Position numbers and translations under genes: made by a program. Positions 54,301-62,362 of a stretch of DNA of 64,000 nucleotides are shown one piece after another; positions within the stretch are counted from its first letter, which is position 1; each line of letters opens with the position of its first letter. Source of the DNA: Phoronis australis (taxonomy: Eukaryota > Animalia > Phoronida). The DNA is taken from assembly GCA_002633005.1 (NCBI GenBank), contig NMRA01000249.1, positions 115,004-179,003 of the forward strand. The letters are read 5' to 3'. The notes beneath the pieces were generated by a model. That model was not told the origin of the DNA, did no database searches, and saw nothing but the letters and a program-made list of their open reading frames with translations.

Positions 54301-57300
54301 TTTGATCTGAACATTTCTTTACTCAAATGGGTTTGTAATGAAATAGTATTTCGTTATTTCTCACGATTCTATGCAGAGCGCAAAAACTGACAAGCCAAAG
54401 AGTAGAGCCTCGCTTCAGGGAATAACGAACCGCCAATTCTTTTGGAGCCATGAAATCATATGTAACTTGACTAAAAGCATCTTGAGATCCTTTTTATAAC
54501 AATAAATTGTCTCAACAAAAATTTATTTTGACGACAAAAACGGTTTTTTATTACCGCTTAAAATAACTTCAATGAGTTATTCTAGTTCACAAGACTTGAG
54601 CTACATATACATGTACAGTTCCAAACTTAGTGATTTCCGGAGGAGCCTTTGTGATACTTAATTTAAGCATCTTGCCTGCTGATTAGACGTAATGTCTGCC
54701 TCCTCTTGATGGAACTCCTACACCAAACTGCGGTATGTTCAACGTGATGCTCAGGTACATTCAGATGACGAAATTTTTTGGTAAATTACCTTTGTTCAAT
54801 TTCGGAATAACAGGCATTGTCTCAGACGAAGACACATGCATCAACCCATTTCAATTATCACACGCCCACTACATGTATACCTGGACATGTGAAATTGTTG
54901 CAAGCGCGAACCATCAAAGAATCACCAGTACATTCCAAAGATTTGTTCCCTGACGTTGAATTACACTTCCTTGTTCTGATCTGTATCCCCCCTCCGCAGC
55001 TAGCGTTGCAGTGGCTCCACGAGGTCCAATTTGACCAACTAGGGGTTTCTGAAAAGTGCAAGAACGACTTCACTTTCCATTAAGAAGGTTATGAAATTAA
55101 TCAATCGAAAACATGCATAATTGTATTTGATTACTTGCTATTACGCCGTTAGTACTTCCTGTAAGAGGACAAAGCAATATTCATTGAACAGGGCAGTTCC
55201 TGGCAGTGTCACAAAGTACAGTTATTAGTTCCTGTCATTCCTGTGTAGATTGTTGTTTAACTGCGCGCTTCCATTAATGACGTGTGTCGATTTGCCACTC
55301 TGTGAACGTTTTTAATAGCTCCAAACCTTTGAGTTGACGAGAGAAAAAGAGTTCTGTTTTGTTTCACATATTTATGTGATCCAGTGGTAGTTAATACATA
55401 AATGTGTCAATAGTATTTAGGACCGCAATGATCCGTTTCTAAACGCTAAGAGGCTTTTAAGCATGATTATTGCTTTGGCCTCAATTTTAAGTCTTAAAAG
55501 AATGAAAACTGAGATTTCGCCTTACGCTCCAAAACAACTATTTCTGAACAAAGAGTTTACCTCACCTCAACAAAAGCAAAAGCTATACATGTATACTGAC
55601 ACATACCCGTAATTGTTGCTTCCTCAGATAATTTCCACGAATCACTCCTAAACTGTTACGTGCCATCATTTGATTGGCAAAATATTCGGTAATTAGCATT
55701 AGTCAAGAGTCTTTTCATGAAACCATGAATTGCAGACTACAGATTGAAACCTCCAATATTTTTTACGAAATTCCGAGCCGTGGCGCCGTTTACTTCTCAT
55801 ACTAATATAAGCTCCCGTTTTCGGAGAAAAGTCTGGTATAATTTGTTGCGTAGTGCAAAGTTAAACATTTCTTTGGCATTTGACAAGTCATTACATGTCT
55901 TCTAAGCTATAATAACTGTGGCTGCAATCCAGGAAACTTCAAAATGTAGTGACACAAAACATTGTCAACGGGTACGACGCCAGTTGATGACGCATTCTCG
56001 ACATTCATTACTCTTTCGCAAGAGCGAAATAAGACCCTGGTTCTATCCAGGAGGTAAATTTCCTGTAGCAAAGCTATTATGAAATGAGGAAATGTCTTGC
56101 CATAAAACCAATTAAACTCAACTGATAAGGCGTTACGTCAGGATGGTTTGCCATTTTTCACATTTTTATTACAGCTAAAGCTTCCATAACAAATATTGAT
56201 CCCGCCAGGTCAACTCCTTAGAAAATCTAATTGGCTCTCGTTAACTTCTACCGGCTTACAGAACAACCGATGTGGTACCCGGTTAAGCCCAAAAAAGTAT
56301 AAAATCCTGAGTCACCATTATAAAAATCTCAAAGTTATTGATATTAATTTAAACTTTGAAATAAGGAAGACTGGAAGTAAAAAACCACTGTGTTCAAATT
56401 TTGTAATAAAGAGGTGGGAAAATATGATGCAATAGTTGCTTATTCTAGATGAAAAAGACGCCTCTTACGCACAAGAAGCAATAATGAAATTTTTTTTTTG
56501 AAATTCTAAAAATAGGTGTCTCGAAGGCAACCAATATAGAATATGTTGTGACGAAAAAATATAGAACGTTTCTACGTTTTGAAAATCCCTTATGCCCCAA
56601 AAATTCATGGAAAATTGTTAACTCATTCATTTTATGACTGCATAATAAAAACTCAAACCCCGAAAAACACAGCCCCCCTCTACACACAATAGTCAGTACA
56701 AAAACCGGCATTACCAACAAACCGTGTACCTAAGTGACTCGTTCAAAAGGTGAGAAACAATGAGGAAAACATCGAACGTTCGAGCTGGTGATGATTTTGC
56801 AAGACTTTCGATGGACAAGTAAGTGTGCTGTTTGTAAAATGTTCAGTTACTGGTATACACGCTTAGAGCTTTCACTGAGTAACTGGTCTCAGTCGGCATA
56901 CTTCAGACCCGAATCAATTTGAAGAGAGAAAATTCGATCAGCTGTCCAATTTTTGTTCTGGGATGTGTTGTCACATGGTTACTCCAGCTTATTGATTTAC
57001 GCTGGTCCAGGTTAGATAGATTTCAACAAGCAAACAGTCTACATGTAGCTATTGGTGTAAAGAATTGTCCTGGGGAGACAGAAGTTTGTAGGATGTGTTA
57101 GGGACATGCTGCCCACTGTCCCTCACCTGGTCATGCCAATAGCTTTATTAGAATGCTCATTCCCCTGTTGGTCCTAGTGAGTACAGTGGGTGGTGAGTCT
57201 CAGTCAACATGGCTATATTTGAGAATATCTACAAATAAATAGTTTTGCTTTTTTTCTAATAATGTGACTACTGAGCACCTACATATGCCCATGCAACCGT

Positions 57301-60300
57301 ATGTTGATATTTCGCACTCCATTAAGTTTCAAAATAAAGAATAGTTGTGGCAAAAAGAAGCTTATTCAGTTATTGATAGCCAAATTTTCTCTGTACTCAT
57401 ATATTAGACTGTGCAAGTTAGGAAAAAATCCTTTCCTGCAGCCTACATGGTCCAACCACATTATTTGAACCCACAACCTTAAAAAATTGCCAATCACGTC
57501 ACATGTTTGGAGCACAATTCCGTCAGTTTGATCATTGTAGTATGATTGTCACTTACTTAGAGACGTGGTAGGTTGTTTGTCAACTTTTCGACCTGTTCCG
57601 CCAGGTCTTTGTCAATGAATGAGGGTTTCCCGCGTTTCGAATTTTTGACTGGAATACATGGGAGGTAAGCGGAGGCCTCGGTCTCGATTCAAGAGGGGGC
57701 GCTGAATGTTGATGTTTATTGACTCTTTTAGCTCGCGAGCATATCAGTGTTGTTCTTTGGCTAAGATCCTGGATGAGGCAACAGAGATGGAATGTCCAGT
57801 CGCCAACATGTGTTGTTGGTCTCTTGCGTCACCAAGATCCTAAACTGCTCCCGACCTACCAACACCGTTATACATGTACTTTACCAAATGGTGGTTTTCT
57901 TTGCACTGTATCTTTGGTTTCAGAGTTTCAGTGCTCAATTATATTCTAACTTTTCACATCTTTTAGACGTGCTGGCTACACATGTACTTCAATAAAAATT
58001 TCTTCGAAAACGGCTGTTTGCGAAGACCGCAACATGAGTCAACACACGTAAGTGGCTCAGAGTCTGATTTATGGCTGAGTAGGATTAAAGGATAATGCCA
58101 CCCAAAAACAACCTAATTTGTATCAATTTAGATCGAGTAGTTCTACTCCATAACGACACGTACGGTTGCGTTACCTGACGGCGGCGGAGGTGTTGCAATT
58201 ATCCAATGACGTCATCGGTTTCACACGCAGTCTGTTCAGCAGTTCACAACACGGGTTACTGGTGTAAGCTTATCGCTTGAAGTCATCGTTTAACACCAAT
58301 AAATCATCAAACTTCGATGTAAAACCCTTAAAAATACACCGAGTTCTTTTATTTAGCTCTTACGGATTTATTGGTATTTGGACACACCGTAGCCTACACA
58401 GTTCGGCAGGCCAATAAAGGTCCGTAGCAGGAGTTCGGGGTCTGTTCGGAGATAATTTCGAAGTATTTTCCGTGAGATACTGACAGGAGAACCTAGATCT
58501 GTGTTGTTTAGACTTGTGATTTTTTAGTTCTAAACACAAAACGCTTGATATCCTGGCCAGTGGCTCGGAGCCCGATCAGGCTCGTCATGGCCGGTCGGAT
58601 TGACTCGTTATCCCGGCCAGTGGCTCGCGGAAACTGATCAAACATCACGAACATAAACCAGCCAAAGTTCAGTGGAAACTAAACTTCCAGTCAAGAAAAT
58701 ACTATAAGAGCTAGAGAGCCTAAGTAATGTGCACGTAATTATGTTGGTGAATTAGCCACGAAACTGCAAATCTACTTACTCGTCGGGGGCCGCGAATTCA
58801 GGTTCCGCTTTGGCCACAACACCGACAGGGCAGAAGTTGTACATTGACAATCATTATTTGAGTAATGTAAATGAAAATAAAGATTCCCCTAACACCTGGC
58901 CGTGGGATGGAAATCGAGTTGTTTCACAACTGTTGCTGCCAGCAAAAAGGCACTAAATTAGCATGAGCTCACACGGCCTCGGTGACCCGTCAATTAGTTT
59001 TATTGCACCTAAAGCTGGTAACGCAGTGATTTATTGCTGGCTTCTCAAATCATTTGCTCTCACGAAAACTCCAAAGGCATTACAAATTGCATATAATGAG
59101 ACAGACTTTGTTTGAGTTTTATATAAGTATTGGTTAAGGTGAGATTAATTCATTTTGATACAGAACGCTCAGTAATAAACGCGAGCATGGCAACTCGCAA
59201 TCCCGACTTAGGACGAGAGCTAGAGCTCATCAGTTCCGACTTTGCAGGTGGATCGTTAAGTTTTACAGGCTATCAATTCGAACAGGAATACAGTGATGAA
59301 GAAATACTAGAGAAGCGCCGTGAACAAGCTCAGACAACGGAACGTACGGAGTTATTTGGTAAGCCGGTCATAATGAACGGAATATTTTGCGACGTACATT
59401 GTAAGTAGAAGTTAGGGGCGGTCTGTGCATTTTCATGCGCGTGTGTTGGTTACTGTCATGGGTGAAAAACGCTGACATCTGATTCTTTTGTCAAGGAAAG
59501 ATGTTTTCGCATGAACCTGCGCTGACTGAATCGCGTAAAGTCAAGACGTGGTTCAAGTGCAAGTATCAACGAGAACATTTAAATGAGTTTCTGAAATTTC
59601 CTCCAATTTTTTATTCCATAGATAACACTATACTAGGCATGAGATAAATTCATTAAAAATAGCAAACGACTGTTGGCGACGTCTAATTGCGCTTGAAACG
59701 TTCCTAATCAAACTCATTCCAGGTACTGAGGGATTTCGAATGCCTTAACGGTGGCACAACGTCAATGTTTGAGCGAAAACTTTTCTATTAGCAACCAAAA
59801 CGCCTTATCAGTGGCGGTTTTTAGTTGAGGTCCCAAGCTCCTGGGCACCCTAAAGTCTCATATGCTGAAGTTGCTGTATGATGCTTGCTAGACTGCACTT
59901 CATTGATTAACACAGCTCAAACATATAATGGTGTTCATTAATCATTGATGTGCACTGCTGTTGCCATAACAGTAGGCATACATGTATGGATGATCACTTG
60001 CTGGTAAACAAATCACGGAATAATTATAAAACACGCCTTCCATCATGAAAACCAAATTTTGATTTAGCACACTTACCGTTACTGTTACGATATTGGTCTT
60101 AATATAGAAGGCCCCGCAGAAAGTCAGCCAGAGAGCGGGGTCATCTATACTAGTATAGGCACTACGCTTTTCGACCGCCTTCCGCCGAGGTCCCCTACAT
60201 TATTTGCCAGTATACTAAGTGGTTTTTTTTTAAGTAATTGCGCCCGGCCTTTGAGACCTAGGCCCTCGCGACATCGTCCAAGCTAAGGTGGTCGAATTAG

Positions 60301-62362
60301 CCGAGAATCCCGGTAGAAAATTGAAAATTCATTTAGTACTGAATTCCAAATGTGTACGTATTGTAGCATTTTATCCTCTGTTTGATAATGAGTGATTTTA
60401 TCGTACTAAAGCACAAGAGGGAATCAAAACTGTCTGGACTACATATGTGCAATGTAAATCCCAGAGGCTGGTGGTCGGACCTCAAAACACGCTGGCCGTT
60501 ATGTCAAAACCTGATGGCCTGACCTAGAACGGGTTGGCCAATGCTCAGTTAATGTGGCCGAACAAATCACAGATTTTCAGCAAAACTAACAAACTAGTAC
60601 GTAAACACTAGATGTCACTTGAATCCTTCGAGACATTCAAAGCAAGTCTCTGAGGAAGTCCAGCCGTCGTGTTTGATCACCGGCCAACTGGTTACATGTA
60701 GCATCGGCCATCATGTTTTGGGTCCTGCCAACTAGCTTTTTGGGTGACGCCATCTCCTTTGGAGACCGGAAAACACGTTAGATCACCGGCCATTTGATTT
60801 TGGACTCCAAACGATTCGGTTTGAACGTCCATTCAAGGGGATTTGAAGTCAAACCAATTGTAAATCTCTATGTGAACAGACGTGGTACCTTGTGCGCAGT
60901 TTCGCCATCGCCGCCTACTCAGGCCGAGTTAGTTGCTTCAACTATAAATTCTAATTTCAATGTTTTCACCAGGTGTCCGAATATCCTCGATGTGGCAAAC
61001 TTGTCAAATTATTTCACATATGTTTTGCTCAAGTTCTCCTAGTACTCCCTGTCGAACACACTTTGCACAGCCGAATAGAAGGCCCAATCATTCCATGGTT
61101 CCTGAAAGAACCTCCCTTCCTAAAATGGCGTAGTGCAACTCTACCCCAGGTCGTGCCAAGCAAAAAGTTGCATAGGTGTTTGGTCTACAGATACAGCATC
61201 GTTAGAATGTCCCCGAAGATACTGATGGCTTCTCCATGGAAAGTTTTAACATCACAATAACCGTTGAAAACACGAGTAACTTAGATTTTTAAATGTTTGA
61301 ATTGGTTCTATTTGTGACGATCTAAAGCAAATTACCTGGACAGGTGCCATTGTAGCAAGGCTGAACAGATGAAGAGTCGCCTGTACAAGGACGAAAGGCA
61401 TACTGTGGCCCCGTATCGCACTTCCTTTTTCTTATCCGTGTGCCTTGTCCACAAATGGAGCTGCATCGGCTCCATGAACCCCAGGTTAGCCAGGGGGGGT
61501 CACCTGTTTAGAAGAAAATCGACATACTTATTGTAATGAACGTGTCAAAAACCACACTCATGCACAGTATGTCCAGAGAATTTACCAAAGACCAGCGCGT
61601 CTGTGTGTGCATGTGCCGAGGATTTTTTAAGTGCTACAACATAAGAGTGGATATTTCGTTAGAATGAAGGTGCATTGCGTCCGTAACGACAAGGCTAAAA
61701 TTTCGGTCCATTCTGATCAACAAACGTTAAACATTGCGAACTTTCCATGTGAGGGAATATTACTCTCTTTAAAGAGTCTCAGTGACACGTTTTTGCACCT
61801 CAGGCATAGGAGATCCCAATATGAAAGTAGTTCATAGCAGTGCTGTAGTGGGGCGTAGGCGCACGTAGGCGCAGCCAACCACCTTTTGGCATTCAAACAT
61901 CGTTTTTCCGTCGGTAGTCACCATTTGCCACCTAGCTCGCCAGACCCTTTACTCCCGATGGCAAAATTAAACTTTAAAGTCTTAAGGATGGCCCAAGTCG
62001 ATTGTTATCCCTGCGATCGATACTAGGCTGTCATTCTAAATTTATGTATACAGATAAAGAATCAACATTAAAACAAACCAACAAGAAAGTCTCACTTGTA
62101 AACATAACCCAGTGTCTGCTATTGCCTCCGCAGGTTTCAGACAAATTACCAGCGCATGTGTAGTCGCATTCTTTATCATCTACGCGGCGATACATTCCGT
62201 ACTGGTTACCACAGGAACAATGAGTCTTGTTGTGAACAGATGCGTAGAGAAAACCATCACCTAAGCAGCGACGTCGACACAATGTTTGAGTGTTGTCATT
62301 CGATGTATACAACAGAAACTCGAAGTCAGGCACCCGACCATCGATGAAACACCCGGGAACAT
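8552..62362 (-). CDS. Partial multi-exon gene for an extracellular mosaic protein: WSC-TSP1-(TSP1)x7-WSC-TSP1-SUEL lectin-WSC (both ends outside the window or not found)
   Basis: 13 minus-strand exons, each encoding one domain. All lengths are multiples of 3 and all are phase 1-1 with AG/GT boundaries (one exception, at 52862). They join in frame to about 870 aa. No signal-peptide, transmembrane or stop exon was found. That all exons belong to one transcript is inference. Confidence 0.8.
9010..9860 (+). mobile_element. L1/Tx1-clade LINE 3' fragment (zf-RVT-like C-terminus)
   Basis: LRWFQFRMVHSIIGCNEFLQNISVIDSSLCTFC*EESKSIVHVYW...LGKYHIYKQ, with stops; aataaa near 9840. Confidence 0.8.
10036..10335 (-). 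CDS. Exon: SUEL / D-galactoside-L-rhamnose-binding lectin (Gal_Lectin) domain (300 nt)
   Basis: Acceptor ctgtgttgcag|GC, donor ACAG|gtaca. Translates (G)DVNIVVCEGNEMSLSC...SSVYGS...QCHGKKSCRVKVSNWLFGDPCKYIPKYLNTTYNCVT, with the CE, YG, FGDPC and KYL motifs. Confidence 0.93.
10755..10950 (+). repeat. Interspersed repeat, inverted copy of 975-1175
   Basis: Alignment by eye with the reverse complement of 975-1175. Confidence 0.85.
13050..13683 (+). mobile_element. LINE ORF1 remnant (coiled coil plus HRL..PRPIIVKF-like motif), probably the 5' part of the L1/Tx1 element at 16100-19630
   Basis: LNEVKSTVDDVKKSQSFVSGRVDSI and LNIANCQRLQKPKLRTKPNTPWAAIVEFARMSD. It is cut where the RTE 3' end begins. 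Confidence 0.65.
13684..16050 (-). mobile_element. RTE-clade LINE, fragmented (APE end, RT, 3' end), with an internal insertion at ~13845-14451
   Basis: WRRITLLSIPSKIFSRILLTRI...RIIIEQSIEWDSSLYMHFIDF; GKAVGLDNIPPE; EEDIKARIKKAR...LLYGSETWR; RRPVQTWRRTMEAE...RIRWRSVTEALS. Many frameshifts. Confidence 0.9.
14239..14451. mobile_element. MITE nested in the RTE
   Basis: TIRs ggcgttgcatgaacagatccc / gggattgtttcatgcaaccgcc. Confidence 0.6.
16393..16548. mobile_element. Short Harbinger-type MITE inserted in the LINE APE domain
   Basis: Ends ctgggctgcgttgcataaa / tttatgcaattgggcccag (CWG-flanked). Confidence 0.65.
16573..16978. mobile_element. Harbinger-type MITE with CAG target-site duplication
   Basis: cag|ggcccggtctccaatctttttactcgaaa ... 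tttcgagtacaaggattagagaccgggcc|cag, with internal actcgaaa/ttcgagt subrepeats. Confidence 0.88.
18670..18887 (+). repeat. Interspersed repeat; related inverted copy at 32186-32372
   Basis: Shared tgagaa.gtggaccttt, tttagtggact.ttgtctcgttttct and cggactttt. Confidence 0.75.
24998..26063. mobile_element. Foldback element with ~380-bp TIRs (CCGTA...TACGG ends) enclosing a ~300-bp transposase-like fragment
   Basis: The left arm 24998-25373 matches the reverse complement of 25672-26063 (e.g. aattacagcttttcgtaa..attaattattcgtt..ccggaagtgac). The spacer encodes DKFIVELSKVLELFRRCQVC...(W)EC..HSGKWDS. Confidence 0.9.
27760..30140 (-). mobile_element. LOA/R1-group LINE (APE + RT), degenerate
   Basis: APE start VKIWQVKLH...VAFVQEP. 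The 259-aa RT ORF 27866..28645 contains FRPVALTSFNLKGLER, STEAALHHLV, RGTPPGG and YVQAYADDIV. It contains a 66-bp tandem duplication at 28788-28912. Confidence 0.9.
32186..32372 (-). repeat. Interspersed repeat related to 18670-18887
   Basis: The reverse complement shares gtggacctttt and tttagtggacttttgtctcgttttct. Confidence 0.75.
33005..33166 (-). CDS. Exon: TSP1 repeat (162 nt)
   Basis: Acceptor ggtttttcag|GC, donor TCAG|gtaga. Translates (G)PMSTWSSWSQCTASCGGGIRVRTRRCGSAEASQFQHCPGHSSAFEACNKFVCS. Confidence 0.9.
38956..40865 (+). mobile_element. Helentron/HINE (DINE-1-like) non-autonomous element with internal ~440-bp tandem repeats
   Basis: AACAA start, internal repeats carrying gccactag, a (g/c)gac-type short-repeat stretch at ~40790-40820, and a 3' hairpin CCACATA-AAAG-TATGTGG (40839-40856) before an A-run. 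The family call is from architecture only. Confidence 0.65.
39761..40157. repeat. Near-perfect 198-bp tandem duplication inside the HINE-like element
   Basis: ggaaagtcatcatcagctgg...aatagatgcctatatgcc starts at 39761 and again at 39959. Confidence 0.95.
40876..41142 (-). CDS. Exon: WSC domain (267 nt)
   Basis: Acceptor caatccag|AG, donor ACAG|gtaaga. Translates (E)IPGCFIDATPRDLRRRIYGSALNTRTICMNKCFIFGYAYAGVQYGTECRCGNTYGVHGRVEDSVCNMQCPGNKSETCGGNRTNWVMRT, a canonical WSC with YAGVQYGxECxCG. Same length as the 62096 exon. Confidence 0.95.
41189..43882 (-). mobile_element. P-superfamily DNA transposon, non-autonomous, THAP-encoding, 7-bp TSD
   Basis: gttccac|CAAGGAGTGTA.TAGT..AGGAGAGTTCACT ... 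AGTGAACTCTCCT..ACTA.TACACTCCTTG|gttccac. A spliced THAP domain lies inside. Confidence 0.9.
42830..43773 (-). pseudogene. THAP zinc-finger N-terminus of the P-element transposase (two exons, frameshifted)
   Basis: Exon 43773-43676 reads MGKDAFCSAINCMNSCTKTPDVSFFRFPKDPER|gtaag. The next exon from 42994 (ctgttcag|) reads CTLW, then after a frameshift ADLMNRDAAYLSKNCKLCSHHFEESMF...TIFDVPNPPK. Confidence 0.88.
44280..45298 (+). mobile_element. RTE-X-type LINE 3' fragment
   Basis: KLFDSTVAPILFYGVELWG...IESVQLAFCKWLL...GECGRF; FYRSIK...EKYL...LRCSTH..MIE.ER...DRIFKLC...ETEIHFLFDC. It ends in aataaa plus a microsatellite. Confidence 0.85.
45299..45350. repeat. (TTG)n microsatellite, tail of the RTE-X element
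   Basis: ttgttgtttgttgttgttg... run directly after aataaac. Confidence 0.95.
46467..46634 (-). CDS. Exon: TSP1 repeat, array copy 7 (168 nt)
   Basis: cacttttcag|AA ... CTAG|gtatat. Translates (E)NTSWSDWTSWSHCNASCGGGIQIRTRMCNSTSGNKFAECSGDSLMARTCINVSCL. Confidence 0.88.
47824..47991 (-). CDS. Exon: TSP1 repeat, array copy 6 (168 nt)
   Basis: ttttcag|AA ... CTAG|gtatag. Open frame, same peptide as copy 4. Confidence 0.86.
48887..49054 (-). CDS. Exon: TSP1 repeat, array copy 5 (168 nt)
   Basis: ttttcag|AA ... CTAG|gtataa. Lies within ORF 48870..49091 of the track. Confidence 0.86.
50257..50424 (-). CDS. Exon: TSP1 repeat, array copy 4 (168 nt)
   Basis: ttttcag|AA ... CTAG|gtataa. Translates (E)NTSWSDWTSWSHCNASCGGGIQIRTRKCNSTSGNKFAECSGDSLMARACNNFTCL, the same peptide as copy 6. 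Confidence 0.86.
51319..51486 (-). CDS. Exon: TSP1 repeat, array copy 3 (168 nt)
   Basis: ttttcag|AA ... CTAG|gtataa. Translates (E)NSSWSNWNSWSHCNASCGGGIQIRTRKCNSTSEDKFAECSGDSLMARACNNFTCL, the same peptide as copy 5. Confidence 0.86.
52695..52862 (-). pseudogene. TSP1 array copy 2: open frame but acceptor mutated AG>CG (probable pseudo-exon or skipped exon)
   Basis: Minus strand reads tacatttccg|AAAACAGT where sibling copies read ttttcag|AAAAC. The frame (E)NSNWSNWTSWGHCNVSCGGGIQIRTRKCNLKTGDKFAECTGDSVMTRACNNFTCL is intact, and the donor gtatag is intact. Confidence 0.7.
54881..55048 (-). CDS. Exon: TSP1 repeat, array copy 1 (168 nt)
   Basis: Acceptor cacttttcag|AA, donor CCAG|gtatac. Translates (E)TPSWSNWTSWSHCNASCGGGIQIRTRKCNSTSGNKSLECTGDSLMVRACNNFTCP. 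Confidence 0.88.
58089..59400 (+). mobile_element. Kolobok(P)-like transposon fragment
   Basis: TTAA|AGG terminus at 58085-58091. An exon-like segment at 59187-59358 reads MATRNPDLGRELELISSDFAGGSLSFTGYQFEQEYSDEEILEKRRE...|gtaag, resembling the PYQFEPEY N-terminus of P2X7-C-terminal-like proteins of KolobokP. The right end was not found. Confidence 0.5.
61336..61503 (-). CDS. Exon: thrombospondin type-1 repeat (168 nt; not in the ORF track)
   Basis: Acceptor ttttcttctaaacag|GT, donor CCAG|gtaat. Translates DPPWLTWGSWSRCSSICGQGTRIRKRKCDTGPQYAFRPCTGDSSSVQPCYNGTCP (WxxWxxWxxC, CSxxCGxG, RxRxC, 6 Cys). Confidence 0.9.
62096..62362 (-). CDS. Exon: WSC domain (267 nt)
   Basis: Acceptor ttttgtattccaag|AT, donor ACAA|gtgag. 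Translates (D)VPGCFIDGRVPDFEFLLYTSNDNTQTLCRRRCLGDGFLYASVHNKTHCSCGNQYGMYRRVDDKECDYTCAGNLSETCGGNSRHWVMFT, with the WSC GCF..C...C..YA..C.CG..C...C.G...CGG pattern. Confidence 0.92.

Larger units (their letters stand above)
46380..56000. repeat. Tandem array of exon+intron units (about 1.06-1.4 kb core units; older, more diverged units above 52.9 kb)
   Basis: Seven TSP1 exons with homologous introns, e.g. recurring gtacattttgcaatagttcag, ttgttcgtaattgatcaca and gtctcagatgaa. Intron lengths are 1189, 895, 1202, 894, 1208 and 2018 nt. Confidence 0.95.

Noticed and set aside
47772-55083. Plus-strand ORFs of the type KLLQARAINESPEHSANL...PPPQLALQWLHE
   Set aside because: Antisense shadows of the TSP1 exons.
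46400-55100. Regularly spaced repeats as a CRISPR-like or prokaryotic diversity array
   Set aside because: The units are kb-scale exon+intron duplications with homologous rather than unique spacers, in spliced eukaryotic DNA. No cas or DGR-type genes are present.
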